32,028 bases of DNA. Source: an uncultured virus (IMG/VR IMGVR_UViG_3300025678_000930) (Duplodnaviria > Heunggongvirae > Uroviricota > Caudoviricetes). The stretch lies in the IMG/VR virus record IMGVR_UViG_3300025678_000930; one strand, given 5' to 3'. Positions 1 through 7,943 of the stretch are shown piece after piece. Below the pieces are notes generated by a model that ran no database searches, was not told the origin of the DNA, and worked only from the letters and a program-made list of their open reading frames with translations. Made by a program: the position numbers and the translations under genes. Numbering within the stretch: the stretch's first letter is position 1; the number at the start of each line of letters is the position of its first letter.

Positions 1-75
1 ATGGCTCTCTGTAAATCCTGTCACTCAAGAATCACTGCTGAGAGCGGTGACCGGTGGGGGCGGTCAAATCTCTAA
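1..75 (+). CDS. HNH endonuclease, C-terminal end (partial)
   Basis: Frame 1 reads MALCKSCHSRITAESGDRWGRSNL*; LCxxCH is the terminal HNH motif; canonical position just upstream of terS. Confidence 0.8.
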   Translation: MALCKSCHSRITAESGDRWGRSNL

Positions 76-170
76 AACTATTTTAAGCGGACAGCGGCGT
101 GGGGCTTCGTGTGAAAAAATGCAGTTTCAAACGAGGGAATAACCCCAACCCTGCAAAGTGAGGTGATTAT

Positions 171-722
171 ATGGCAAAAGACGGTACAAATCGAGGTGGC
201 GCTCGTGTCGGTGCAGGTGCGAAAAAGAAACCCCTGACTGAAAAAATCGCCGAAGGCAATCCAGGCGGCAGGAAACTGACCGTGATGGAATTTAAGGAAA
301 CAGCAGACCTAAAAGGACTTGAAATGCCCGAGCCAAATAAAATGCTTGAGGCAATACAAAAGGACGGCAAGGCTCTGGTAGCAGGAAAAATCTTCAGAAG
401 TACATGGCAGTGGCTGAACGAACGCGGGTGTGCGGTTCTTGTATCACCTCAGTTATTAGAACGCTATGCCATGAGTGTGGCTCGTTGGATTCAATGTGAG
501 GAAGCAGTCACGGAATATGGATTTTTAGCAAAACACCCGACTACGGGTAATGCCATTCAAAGTCCATATGTGGCAATGGGTCAGAATTACATGAGCCAAA
601 CCAACCGGTTGTGGATGGAGATATTCCAGATTGTAAAAGAAAACTGCACCGGTGAATACAGCGGAGCAAATCCGCAGGACGATGTTATGGAGCGTCTGCT
701 AACAGCGAGGCGAGGAAAATAA
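171..722 (+). CDS. terS: Terminase small subunit (P27 family)
   Basis: N-terminal RGGARVGAGAKKK, LERYAMSVARW, HPTTGNAIQSPYV motifs; RBS GAGGTG upstream; follows HNH. Confidence 0.88.
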   Translation: MAKDGTNRGGARVGAGAKKKPLTEKIAEGNPGGRKLTVMEFKETADLKGLEMPEPNKMLEAIQKDGKALVAGKIFRSTWQWLNERGCAVLVSPQLLERYAMSVARWIQCEEAVTEYGFLAKHPTTGNAIQSPYVAMGQNYMSQTNRLWMEIFQIVKENCTGEYSGANPQDDVMERLLTARRGK

Positions 723-741
723 ATATGATAGGAGAATAAAT

Positions 742-1920
742 ATGATTACTTATAAAACAGCTGAAAGTGTCTGTGCCGGACATCCCGATAAGCTTTGCGA
801 CCTCATTGCTGACAATATTCTAGATGCTTGTATGCATAAGGATAAAGCTTCACGTGTGGCCTGCGAGGTCATGGCTACCAAAGGCAAGATTATCGTAGCG
901 GGCGAAATCACCTGCAGCGGTAAAGTGGACATCCGTTTCATCGTAAAAAATGTACTTCGAGAGGTCGGATACAATCCGTGGAAATTCACAGTATTTGTAT
1001 TCGTGCACCATCAAAGCGCAGACATTGAAGCGGGTGTTAATAATGCACTTGAAGCAAGAAATGGTATCAATAATCCATATGGTTCTGTCGGCGCCGGAGA
1101 CCAAGGTACGGTTTACGGTTATGCAAGCAATGAAACCAGTAAGAACCTGCCCCTGCCACTGGTACTTTCCCATCGCATCGTAAAGCGCATTGATGACTGC
1201 CGCAAAGGAAAACTCATCAAAGGAATTCTGCCGGACGGAAAAGCACAGGTCACGGTAGAATATGAGGATGGTAAACCAAAGCGTGTGAAAACCATTGTAG
1301 TTTCAGTCCAGCATGATAAGGACAAAACCCAGGAAGAATTGAAGTCGGATATCCTTAGTAATGTACTTTGGCAGTGCTTTGAGGATTTTCCATTTGATGA
1401 TGATACTGAAATCCTTATTAATCCCTCAGGCAGATTTGTCGAAGGTGGTCCCGCTGCCGACACAGGCTTGACCGGCAGAAAAATCATGGTCGATACCTAC
1501 GGTGGCCTTGCATCCCACGGGGGAGGTGCCCTTTGCGGTAAGGACCCGACCAAGGTTGACCGAAGTGGTGCATATATGGCACGCTACATTGCAAAGAACA
1601 TTATTTGGAGCGGTCTTGCAGAGGAATGTGAGGTCGCTCTTTCTTATGCCATAGGAAAGGCAAATCCTGTGGCGGTTGATGTGACTTCCTTTGGTACAAG
1701 CAAACTCGCAGATGATCAGCTTTCCTATATTGTGCAGGAAGTATTTAACCTCCGACCTGCTGCAATCATCGAAAAATTACACTTAAGAAATGTCATCTAT
1801 TCCGATACGTCGGTTTACGGACATTTTAATTCAAGTCTGTTCCCCTGGGAGAATGTCAATATGTACACGAATTTAAGAAAGGCGGCTGAAATATATGCAG
1901 ATAGAAAAACTGAAAACTGA
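742..1920 (+). CDS. metK: S-adenosylmethionine synthetase (methionine adenosyltransferase)
   Basis: Signature motifs ESVxxGHPDK, GAGDQG, LINPSGRFVEGGPAADTGLTGRK, GGGALCGKDPTKVDRS; full length, 392 aa. Confidence 0.97.
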   Translation: MITYKTAESVCAGHPDKLCDLIADNILDACMHKDKASRVACEVMATKGKIIVAGEITCSGKVDIRFIVKNVLREVGYNPWKFTVFVFVHHQSADIEAGVNNALEARNGINNPYGSVGAGDQGTVYGYASNETSKNLPLPLVLSHRIVKRIDDCRKGKLIKGILPDGKAQVTVEYEDGKPKRVKTIVVSVQHDKDKTQEELKSDILSNVLWQCFEDFPFDDDTEILINPSGRFVEGGPAADTGLTGRKIMVDTYGGLASHGGGALCGKDPTKVDRSGAYMARYIAKNIIWSGLAEECEVALSYAIGKANPVAVDVTSFGTSKLADDQLSYIVQEVFNLRPAAIIEKLHLRNVIYSDTSVYGHFNSSLFPWENVNMYTNLRKAAEIYADRKTEN

Positions 1921-3139
1921 GTTGTTGATTCCAGCCGACTATAATCCACGTAAAGACTTGAAACCCGGTGACCCTGAATACGAAAAGCTGAAACGTTCCA
2001 TCGAGCAGTTCGGTTATGTTGAACCCGTTATATGGAATAAGACCACATCTCATGTTGTCGGTGGCCATCAGCGGTTGAAGGTGCTGTTAGATTTAGGCTT
2101 AACCGAAGTCGAGTGTGTGGTTATTGAAATGGATAAGGAAAAAGAGAAGGCGCTCAATATCGCCCTCAATAAAATAAGCGGTGACTGGGATAAAGATAAG
2201 TTGATGCTTTTGATTGCTGATTTGCAAGGTGCAGACTTTGACGTATCACTCACAGGATTCGAACCTGCTGAACTGGATGCACTATTTAAGGACTCGCTCA
2301 AGGACGGTATTCATGATGATGACTTCGATGTGGATGCTGAACTTAAAAAGCCTGCACTCACCAAACAAGGTGATGTTTGGAAACTCGGACAGCACAGGCT
2401 CGTCTGTGGTGATTCCACCAAGGCTGATACTTTTACACTTCTGATGGACGGCAAGCTCGCAAACCTTGTTGTAACGGACCCTCCGTACAATGTCAACTAT
2501 GAAGGATCGGCGGGTAAAATCAAAAACGATAACATGGAAAATGAAGCATTCTACGATTTTCTGCTGGCGGCTTTTCAAAACACCGAAGCAGCAATGGCGA
2601 AGGATGCTTCTATTTATGTGTTCCATGCAGATACTGAAGGTTTAAATTTCAGAAAGGCATTTTCTGATGCAGGTTTCTACCTCTCAGGTACTTGCATTTG
2701 GAAAAAGCAGTCACTGGTTCTTGGCCGCTCGCCTTATCAATGGCAGCATGAACCTGTTCTTTTCGGTTGGAAGAAGTCCGGCAAACATAACTGGTATGCC
2801 GATAGAAAGCAGACTACCATATGGGAATTTGAAAAGCCGAAGAAAAATGCAGACCATCCGACCATGAAACCGGTAGCTTTGGTTGCATACCCGATTCTCA
2901 ATAGCAGCTTGTCTAATTGTATCGTACTCGATCCCTTCGGTGGAAGTGGTTCTACCCTGATCGCCTGTGAACAGACGGACAGGATATGCCATACAATTGA
3001 ACTGGATGAAAAGTACTGTGATGTAATTGTAAAGAGGTATATCGAGCAGGTTGGAAATTCTAATGGTGTATTTCTTTTGAGAGATGCCTCGGAAATCCGA
3101 TACAGTGACCTGCCGGGGGTGAGTGCTGATGAAACATAA
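1895..3139 (+). CDS. ParB/Srx N-terminal domain fused to N6-adenine/N4-cytosine DNA methyltransferase (beta class)
   Basis: N-terminal YNPRK..FGYVEPVIWN..GGHQRL (ParB-like); catalytic DPPY precedes SAM-binding LDPFGGSGST; HPTMKPV. Confidence 0.93.
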   Translation: MQIEKLKTELLIPADYNPRKDLKPGDPEYEKLKRSIEQFGYVEPVIWNKTTSHVVGGHQRLKVLLDLGLTEVECVVIEMDKEKEKALNIALNKISGDWDKDKLMLLIADLQGADFDVSLTGFEPAELDALFKDSLKDGIHDDDFDVDAELKKPALTKQGDVWKLGQHRLVCGDSTKADTFTLLMDGKLANLVVTDPPYNVNYEGSAGKIKNDNMENEAFYDFLLAAFQNTEAAMAKDASIYVFHADTEGLNFRKAFSDAGFYLSGTCIWKKQSLVLGRSPYQWQHEPVLFGWKKSGKHNWYADRKQTTIWEFEKPKKNADHPTMKPVALVAYPILNSSLSNCIVLDPFGGSGSTLIACEQTDRICHTIELDEKYCDVIVKRYIEQVGNSNGVFLLRDASEIRYSDLPGVSADET

Positions 3140-4994
3140 ACTTACCCTTGGTTCTCTATTTGATGGCAGCGGAGGTTTTCCCTTGGGTGGTCTACTCTGT
3201 GGCATCGAGCCATTATGGGCATCCGAAATTGAACCCTTTCCTATAAGGGTTACTACAAAAAGGTTGCCTTTTATGAAACACTATGGTGATGTTTCCATCC
3301 TGGATGGCAGTAAGATGGAACCGGTTGATATTATAACATTTGGCTCACCTTGCCAGGATATGTCCGTGGCAGGTAAGCGTAATGGCTTGGACGGAGAGCG
3401 TTCAAGTCTTTTTTATGAGGCAATTAGAATTGTAAAAGAAATGAGGTGTGCTACAGATGGCGAATATCCAAGATACATCGTCTGGGAAAATGTGCCGGGT
3501 GCTTTCTCCTCAAACAAAGGAGAGGACTTCAGATGTGTCCTTGAAAGCATCTGTCACATCAAAGATAAAACCTTATCAGTTCCTAAAGCTGATAAATGGA
3601 GGCAAGCAGGTAATATCGTGGGAGATGATTTCTCCATTGCCTGGCGAGTGCTTGACGCTCAATACTGGGGAGTTCCCCAACGAAGAAAACGCATCTTCCT
3701 TGTCGCAGATTTTGCAGGTGGGAGTGCCGGAGAAATACTATTTAAGTCAGAAGGCTTGTCTGGGTATTCTAAGGAGAGCTTCCGCTCGTGGCAAGGAGCT
3801 GCCGATTGTTTTGAAAACGGCATTAGAGAGACAGGCACAAGCAGTGTGATTTTAAATGATCAAGGTGGCAATCGTATGGATATCACAGAAGATGTCACTT
3901 GTACTCTTCGAGCAGAGGCACATCATCCACCCTGTGTTATGGATGCAGCTGTTTTTGATAATCATGGGAGAGATACTCGCTTTACGGGACCGATTGATGT
4001 TGCACCAACAATATCTGCCACTTATGGAACAGGTGGCAATAATCAGCCTTTTGTGGTTGGTGATACACCGAAAACCCTCAAAATCCGTTGTGGCTGTGAG
4101 GGTGGTGGTAAAGGTGCACTTATCCAGAATAATAAATCAGCAACACTGTCATGCAATAATGACCAGACATTATTTGTTCCGAAAGCCTATGGTATCTGTT
4201 CAAAAGACAGCAATTCCATGAAATCATCCAATCCCAACAGTGGTGTGTATGAGGCTGATACTTCACGCACCATAGATGGAAATGGTGGAAATCCTTCCTG
4301 CAATCAAGGCGGAATTGCTATTGTGGAAAGTTATGCTTTGCAAGGCTCCATGATAGGCAGAAATGATAAGAACGGTCCACAGGGGGATGGAGTTAATGAG
4401 GATATTAGCTTTACTCTAAACACAGTTGATAAGCACGCTGTTGTTTATGCTATTGATAGAGAATCTTACAACTGTGGCCAAAACTATGCAAGGAATCTTG
4501 GGATTACAGAAGACGGAATATCATCAACACTAAATGCACAAGGGCCAAGTGCTGTGGCAACTCCTACCTACTCTTCAAGCAAGGCATCATTTTTTACTGC
4601 CGCTGAAGAAGAACTTGCAAATACGCTGGTTGCTACTGACTATAAAGACCCTCCGCTTATAAATGATACAGACGGCACTCTTTACACGGTCAGAAGATTA
4701 ACTCCGACCGAATGTGCAAGACTTCAAGGTTTCCCGGACGGGTGGTGCAGTGACCTTGGAACAGAAAACCCAACAATGGATGATTTACGCACATGGTATG
4801 GAATATTCGAAACTCATCGTAAGGTTACGGGAGGTTCATCTAAACCTAAGACCTTAAAGCAGATATCTAAGTGGCTTAAAGACCCGCATTCAGATTCTGC
4901 GGAATATAAGATGTGGGGCAACGGAGTGGCACTGCCTTGCGTATGTTTTGTTTTGTCCGGCATTGTGTTATCCATGCAAGATACCGCCGAATAA
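3129..4994 (+). CDS. C5-cytosine DNA methyltransferase with very long variable region (candidate multispecific)
   Basis: Motif I LFDGSGG, IV GSPCQ, VI WENVPG, VIII PQRRKRIF, IX RRLTPTECARLQGFP, X YKMWGNGV; ATG at 3129 preferred over GTG at 3123. Confidence 0.95.
   Translation: MKHKLTLGSLFDGSGGFPLGGLLCGIEPLWASEIEPFPIRVTTKRLPFMKHYGDVSILDGSKMEPVDIITFGSPCQDMSVAGKRNGLDGERSSLFYEAIRIVKEMRCATDGEYPRYIVWENVPGAFSSNKGEDFRCVLESICHIKDKTLSVPKADKWRQAGNIVGDDFSIAWRVLDAQYWGVPQRRKRIFLVADFAGGSAGEILFKSEGLSGYSKESFRSWQGAADCFENGIRETGTSSVILNDQGGNRMDITEDVTCTLRAEAHHPPCVMDAAVFDNHGRDTRFTGPIDVAPTISATYGTGGNNQPFVVGDTPKTLKIRCGCEGGGKGALIQNNKSATLSCNNDQTLFVPKAYGICSKDSNSMKSSNPNSGVYEADTSRTIDGNGGNPSCNQGGIAIVESYALQGSMIGRNDKNGPQGDGVNEDISFTLNTVDKHAVVYAIDRESYNCGQNYARNLGITEDGISSTLNAQGPSAVATPTYSSSKASFFTAAEEELANTLVATDYKDPPLINDTDGTLYTVRRLTPTECARLQGFPDGWCSDLGTENPTMDDLRTWYGIFETHRKVTGGSSKPKTLKQISKWLKDPHSDSAEYKMWGNGVALPCVCFVLSGIVLSMQDTAE
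3457..3849 (+). CDS. Nested alternative-frame ORF within the C5-MTase, resembling the N-terminal part of M.EcoHK31I polypeptide beta
   Basis: Open +1 frame; GAGGTG (3443-3448) lies 8 nt before ATG 3457; GECLTLNTGEFPNEENASSLSQIL...YYLSQKACLGILRRA...LP resembles the recalled EcoHK31I beta sequence. Confidence 0.7.
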   Translation: MANIQDTSSGKMCRVLSPQTKERTSDVSLKASVTSKIKPYQFLKLINGGKQVISWEMISPLPGECLTLNTGEFPNEENASSLSQILQVGVPEKYYLSQKACLGILRRASARGKELPIVLKTALERQAQAV

Positions 4995-5030
4995 AAGAAC
5001 ATTATTCTCTACATAAAATGCTCGAAACAA

Positions 5031-5073
5031 CTTGCTATTTACAGCGTTAAGAGTGATATATGTAGTACCGAAA
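5031..5073 (+). promoter_or_regulatory. Promoter-like motif, copy 1 (CTTGCTA-N12-AGAGTGATATATGTA..TACCGAAA)
   Basis: Same blocks with identical 12-nt spacing at 6195 and 29996; each lies just upstream of an RBS and start codon. Confidence 0.65.
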
Positions 5074-5093
5074 AATGAAAGGCGGTATGAAAA

Positions 5094-5903
5094 ATGAAGA
5101 TTAATTACAATGTTACAGGTCCAAAACGAAAATTGCTGGTGGCAGCAATAAGCCAGGAACTAAATGCTCCAACAAAATACCTCGGAGCACCTACTTTTGC
5201 TTATGAGGTAGGCGGCTACCATATCGACAAGAATGGGATGCTCGAGGGTGAGGACAATCCTAACTTAGTTGCTGACCTGCAGGGATTGCATGACTTCAGA
5301 GCGATTACAGAAGAGTACGACACTCCACTTCCAGAATCAGAACCGGAAGCAGTTCCGGAGGATATCCAAATTCCTTACGAGGCAGCTCTTGGTGGCAGGG
5401 TCAGTCCTTACTGTGATTATGAGGAGCCACCCACATATGCAGAACCTGAGCAAAGTGGTGAGATCGAAACTAACCGTTTGACCATCGATTTGCCAAGGTC
5501 GGCATTCACCGATGTGGCTCTTGAAAACCTCAAGCGATTGGTAGAAAGCAAATCGTCTTTAATAAAAAAGGCTCTAGCTGCTGATTGCATCCCCATAATA
5601 ACAAACGAAGAAACAGTCAGTTTCCCCTGGTTTCAAGGGGAGCTTGTAGCTGAAGAGGTCAAAGCCTACACGCATTTTGTTACCGCACTCTGTGAGATGG
5701 CAAAAACACAGCAGAGAGTCAATGCCACCGAAAAGCAAGTCGAAAATGAGAAGTACGCTTTTCGCTGTTTTCTAATCCGACTCGGTTTCGTCGGCTCAGA
5801 ACACAAAGCAGAACGCAAAATCCTGCTAAAGAATCTATCAGGCAATGCTGCCTTTAAGAATGGGGCTCCACCAAAACCCGAGGAGGTAATGGCTGATGAA
5901 TAA
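5094..5903 (+). CDS. Phage 'virulence-related' hypothetical protein; degenerate amidoligase paralog
   Basis: C-terminus ENEKYAFRCFLIRLGFVG...LSGNAAFK aligns with the C-terminus of the amidoligase at 6272; catalytic motifs absent. Confidence 0.75.
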   Translation: MKINYNVTGPKRKLLVAAISQELNAPTKYLGAPTFAYEVGGYHIDKNGMLEGEDNPNLVADLQGLHDFRAITEEYDTPLPESEPEAVPEDIQIPYEAALGGRVSPYCDYEEPPTYAEPEQSGEIETNRLTIDLPRSAFTDVALENLKRLVESKSSLIKKALAADCIPIITNEETVSFPWFQGELVAEEVKAYTHFVTALCEMAKTQQRVNATEKQVENEKYAFRCFLIRLGFVGSEHKAERKILLKNLSGNAAFKNGAPPKPEEVMADE

Positions 5904-6123
5904 CTTTCCTTCAAGAGAAACTGTGGAACGCATCCGCAAGCAATACCCGGTGGGTTGCCGTGTAGAACTTGTTCGCATGGATGACTTTCAAGCACCTCCT
6001 ATTGGAACAAAAGGCTTTGTAACCGGAGTAGATGACACAGGCAGCATCATGGTTCATTGGGATAACGGTTCTTCTTTAAATGTGGTTTATGGAGAGGATT
6101 TGTGCCGGAGAGTTGAAGAATAG
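5896..6123 (+). CDS. DUF4314 domain protein (small SH3-like)
   Basis: YPVGCRVELVRMDD..PPIGTKG.V..VDDTGSIMVHWDNGSSLNVVYGED pattern; GGAGG RBS. Confidence 0.85.
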   Translation: MNNFPSRETVERIRKQYPVGCRVELVRMDDFQAPPIGTKGFVTGVDDTGSIMVHWDNGSSLNVVYGEDLCRRVEE

Positions 6124-6194
6124 TATACACACTTTTCACTTGAAAAAGCAGAGTAAAATTGTGTGAAAAATGCTTCTTATTATTGAATAATAGT

Positions 6195-6238
6195 CTTGCT
6201 ATATATGTCTTTTAGAGTGATATATGTACATACCGAAA
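6195..6238 (+). promoter_or_regulatory. Promoter-like motif, copy 2
   Basis: CTTGCTA 6195-6201, AGAGTGATATATGTA 6214-6228, TACCGAAA 6231-6238; upstream of the amidoligase. Confidence 0.65.
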
Positions 6239-6271
6239 GGGACAAATACACTTTAAAAGGAGCGAGAATCA

Positions 6272-7171
6272 ATGTTAAGAACAAGGTTCGGAATTGAAAT
6301 TGAGTTCACAGGAATAACAAGAAACGAAGCGGCGAAAGTCACAGCCGACTACCTAAACGGAACGGTTGTGAGCACAGGAGACTATTACGATACCAAAAAG
6401 GTCACAGCCACCGACGGGCGAGTTTGGAAAATCATGAGCGACGGCAGCATCTCCTGCCAGAAGAAACAAGGACGGCGGAAGGTTGCAGCAACCAAAGAAT
6501 ATAGCGTGGAGCTGGTAAGTCCCATCCTGACCTACCAAGAGGACATTAAAACACTGCAGGAACTGATACGCAGGCTACGCGAGGCAGGAGCTTTCACAAA
6601 CAACTCCTGCGGAATCCATATCCACTTGGACGGAGCAGACCATACCTCAAGGAGCATACGAAACTTTGTAAACATCATCGCAAGCAAGAACGACCTTTTT
6701 TACAAGGCTTTGCAGATAGAACCTGAACGAATTCGTTACTGCAAAAAAATGGATGAGATTCTGGTGGAAAAAATCAATCGCAAGAAGCCAAAAACGCTGG
6801 CACAAATTGAGAGCCTTTGGTATGAGGGCTACAGCGAAAGTACCACCAGGCATTACCATTCAAGCCGATACCATTTCCTTAACCTGCACAGCTTTTTCAA
6901 CGGAAATCACACGGTAGAGCTTAGAGGTTTCAACAGCGAACTTCACGCAGGCAAGGTTAGAAGCTACATTGTTCTTGCCCTTGCACTGAACAACCAAGCA
7001 CTGACACAAAAGTGTGCATCGGCAAAGAAACCACAGGTGGAGAATGAAAAGTTTGCAATGCGGACCTACCTCAACCGAATCGGTTTCATCGGCGAGGAAT
7101 TCGCAAACTGCCGTGAACACTTGACCGCCCACTTGGACGGCTCGGCAGCTTGGCGGTTTCGGGCAGCCTAA
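6272..7171 (+). CDS. Putative amidoligase (Amidoligase_2, COOH-NH2 ligase superfamily)
   Basis: FGIEIEF, W...SDGSI, VELVSPIL, NSCGIHIH, RYHFLNLHS, TVELRGFN motifs. Confidence 0.9.
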   Translation: MLRTRFGIEIEFTGITRNEAAKVTADYLNGTVVSTGDYYDTKKVTATDGRVWKIMSDGSISCQKKQGRRKVAATKEYSVELVSPILTYQEDIKTLQELIRRLREAGAFTNNSCGIHIHLDGADHTSRSIRNFVNIIASKNDLFYKALQIEPERIRYCKKMDEILVEKINRKKPKTLAQIESLWYEGYSESTTRHYHSSRYHFLNLHSFFNGNHTVELRGFNSELHAGKVRSYIVLALALNNQALTQKCASAKKPQVENEKFAMRTYLNRIGFIGEEFANCREHLTAHLDGSAAWRFRAA

Positions 7172-7206
7172 AGGGTTGCCCAGCAAATATAAGGAGGATA
7201 AGGTCT

Positions 7207-7656
7207 ATGAGTAAAACATTCTATCTCGCCTATGGCTCAAACCTCAACCTTGAGCAAATGGCGTACCGTTGCCCCACAGCAAAGCCTATCGGCACGGTTG
7301 TTTTAAAGGATTACCAGTTATTGTTCAGAGGTGGACACGGCGGTGCTGTGGCAACCGTGGAGCCTTTAAAAGGCAAGACAGTCCCATGCTTGCTATGGGA
7401 GATTACCCTGGCTGATGAAACAGCACTTGACCGCTATGAGGGCTATCCATTCCTTTATCGAAAGGAAATGGTCAAAGTCAAATATGGCAAAAAGAACGTA
7501 GAAACCATGGTGTACATCATGAACGAAGGCAGGCCTCTTGGAACTCCAAGCTGCTATTATTACAGTGTTATCTTAGAGGGATATAAGAGTGCAAACTTCG
7601 ATATCGGTATTCTAAAACAGGCCGTAGAGGATTCAAAGGAGGACAAAAATGGATAA
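7207..7656 (+). CDS. Gamma-glutamylcyclotransferase (AIG2-like) family protein
   Basis: YLAYGSNL, RCPTA, LDRYEGYP..Y motifs; AGGAGG RBS before ATG 7207. Confidence 0.92.
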   Translation: MSKTFYLAYGSNLNLEQMAYRCPTAKPIGTVVLKDYQLLFRGGHGGAVATVEPLKGKTVPCLLWEITLADETALDRYEGYPFLYRKEMVKVKYGKKNVETMVYIMNEGRPLGTPSCYYYSVILEGYKSANFDIGILKQAVEDSKEDKNG

Positions 7657-7828
7657 AAGGATAAAGGAACAAATACTCACCATCCGTGACACAGGCGAAA
7701 CAAATATGTTTGATGTGCCAAAAGTGCAGGAAATAGCTCTGCGGGAAGGATATGACGAGCTGATTGCTTACCTTGCTGATAACATTGGTGCCTATTGCCG
7801 ATTCATTCTGACCGGTGAGGAGAAATAA
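7649..7828 (+). CDS. DUF5049 family small protein (59 aa, not in the ORF track)
   Basis: MDKRIKEQILTIRDTGETNMFDVPKVQEIALREGYDELIAYLADNIGAYCRFILTGEEK*; AGGAGG RBS; overlaps the GGCT stop. Confidence 0.85.
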   Translation: MDKRIKEQILTIRDTGETNMFDVPKVQEIALREGYDELIAYLADNIGAYCRFILTGEEK

Positions 7829-7894
7829 ATAACTAAAACCTAACAAGAGAACAGTGCCAATAACGGCTCTGTTTCTCGTACAAATAGATTATGA

Positions 7895-7920
7895 AGGCTT
7901 GCATATGCAGGTCTATTTTT
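7895..7920 (+). terminator. Possible intrinsic terminator upstream of terL
   Basis: Stem AGGCTTGC/GCAGGTCT (with G-U pairs) followed by ATTTTT; a second hairpin at 7847-7877. Confidence 0.4.
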
Positions 7921-7943
7921 ATGCTCGGAAGGAGGTGGCGGAT

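Noticed and set aside
3856..4221. Second +1-frame ORF inside the C5-MTase variable region
   Set aside because: No convincing RBS and no recognisable protein features, unlike the 3457-3849 ORF
6126..6166. Imperfect inverted repeat (CACAC...GTGTG) upstream of promoter motif copy 2
   Set aside because: Too degenerate to call an operator or terminator without comparative data
7854..7943. N-terminal extension of terL given by the ORF track
   Set aside because: Runs through intergenic hairpins upstream of the strong SD at 7930
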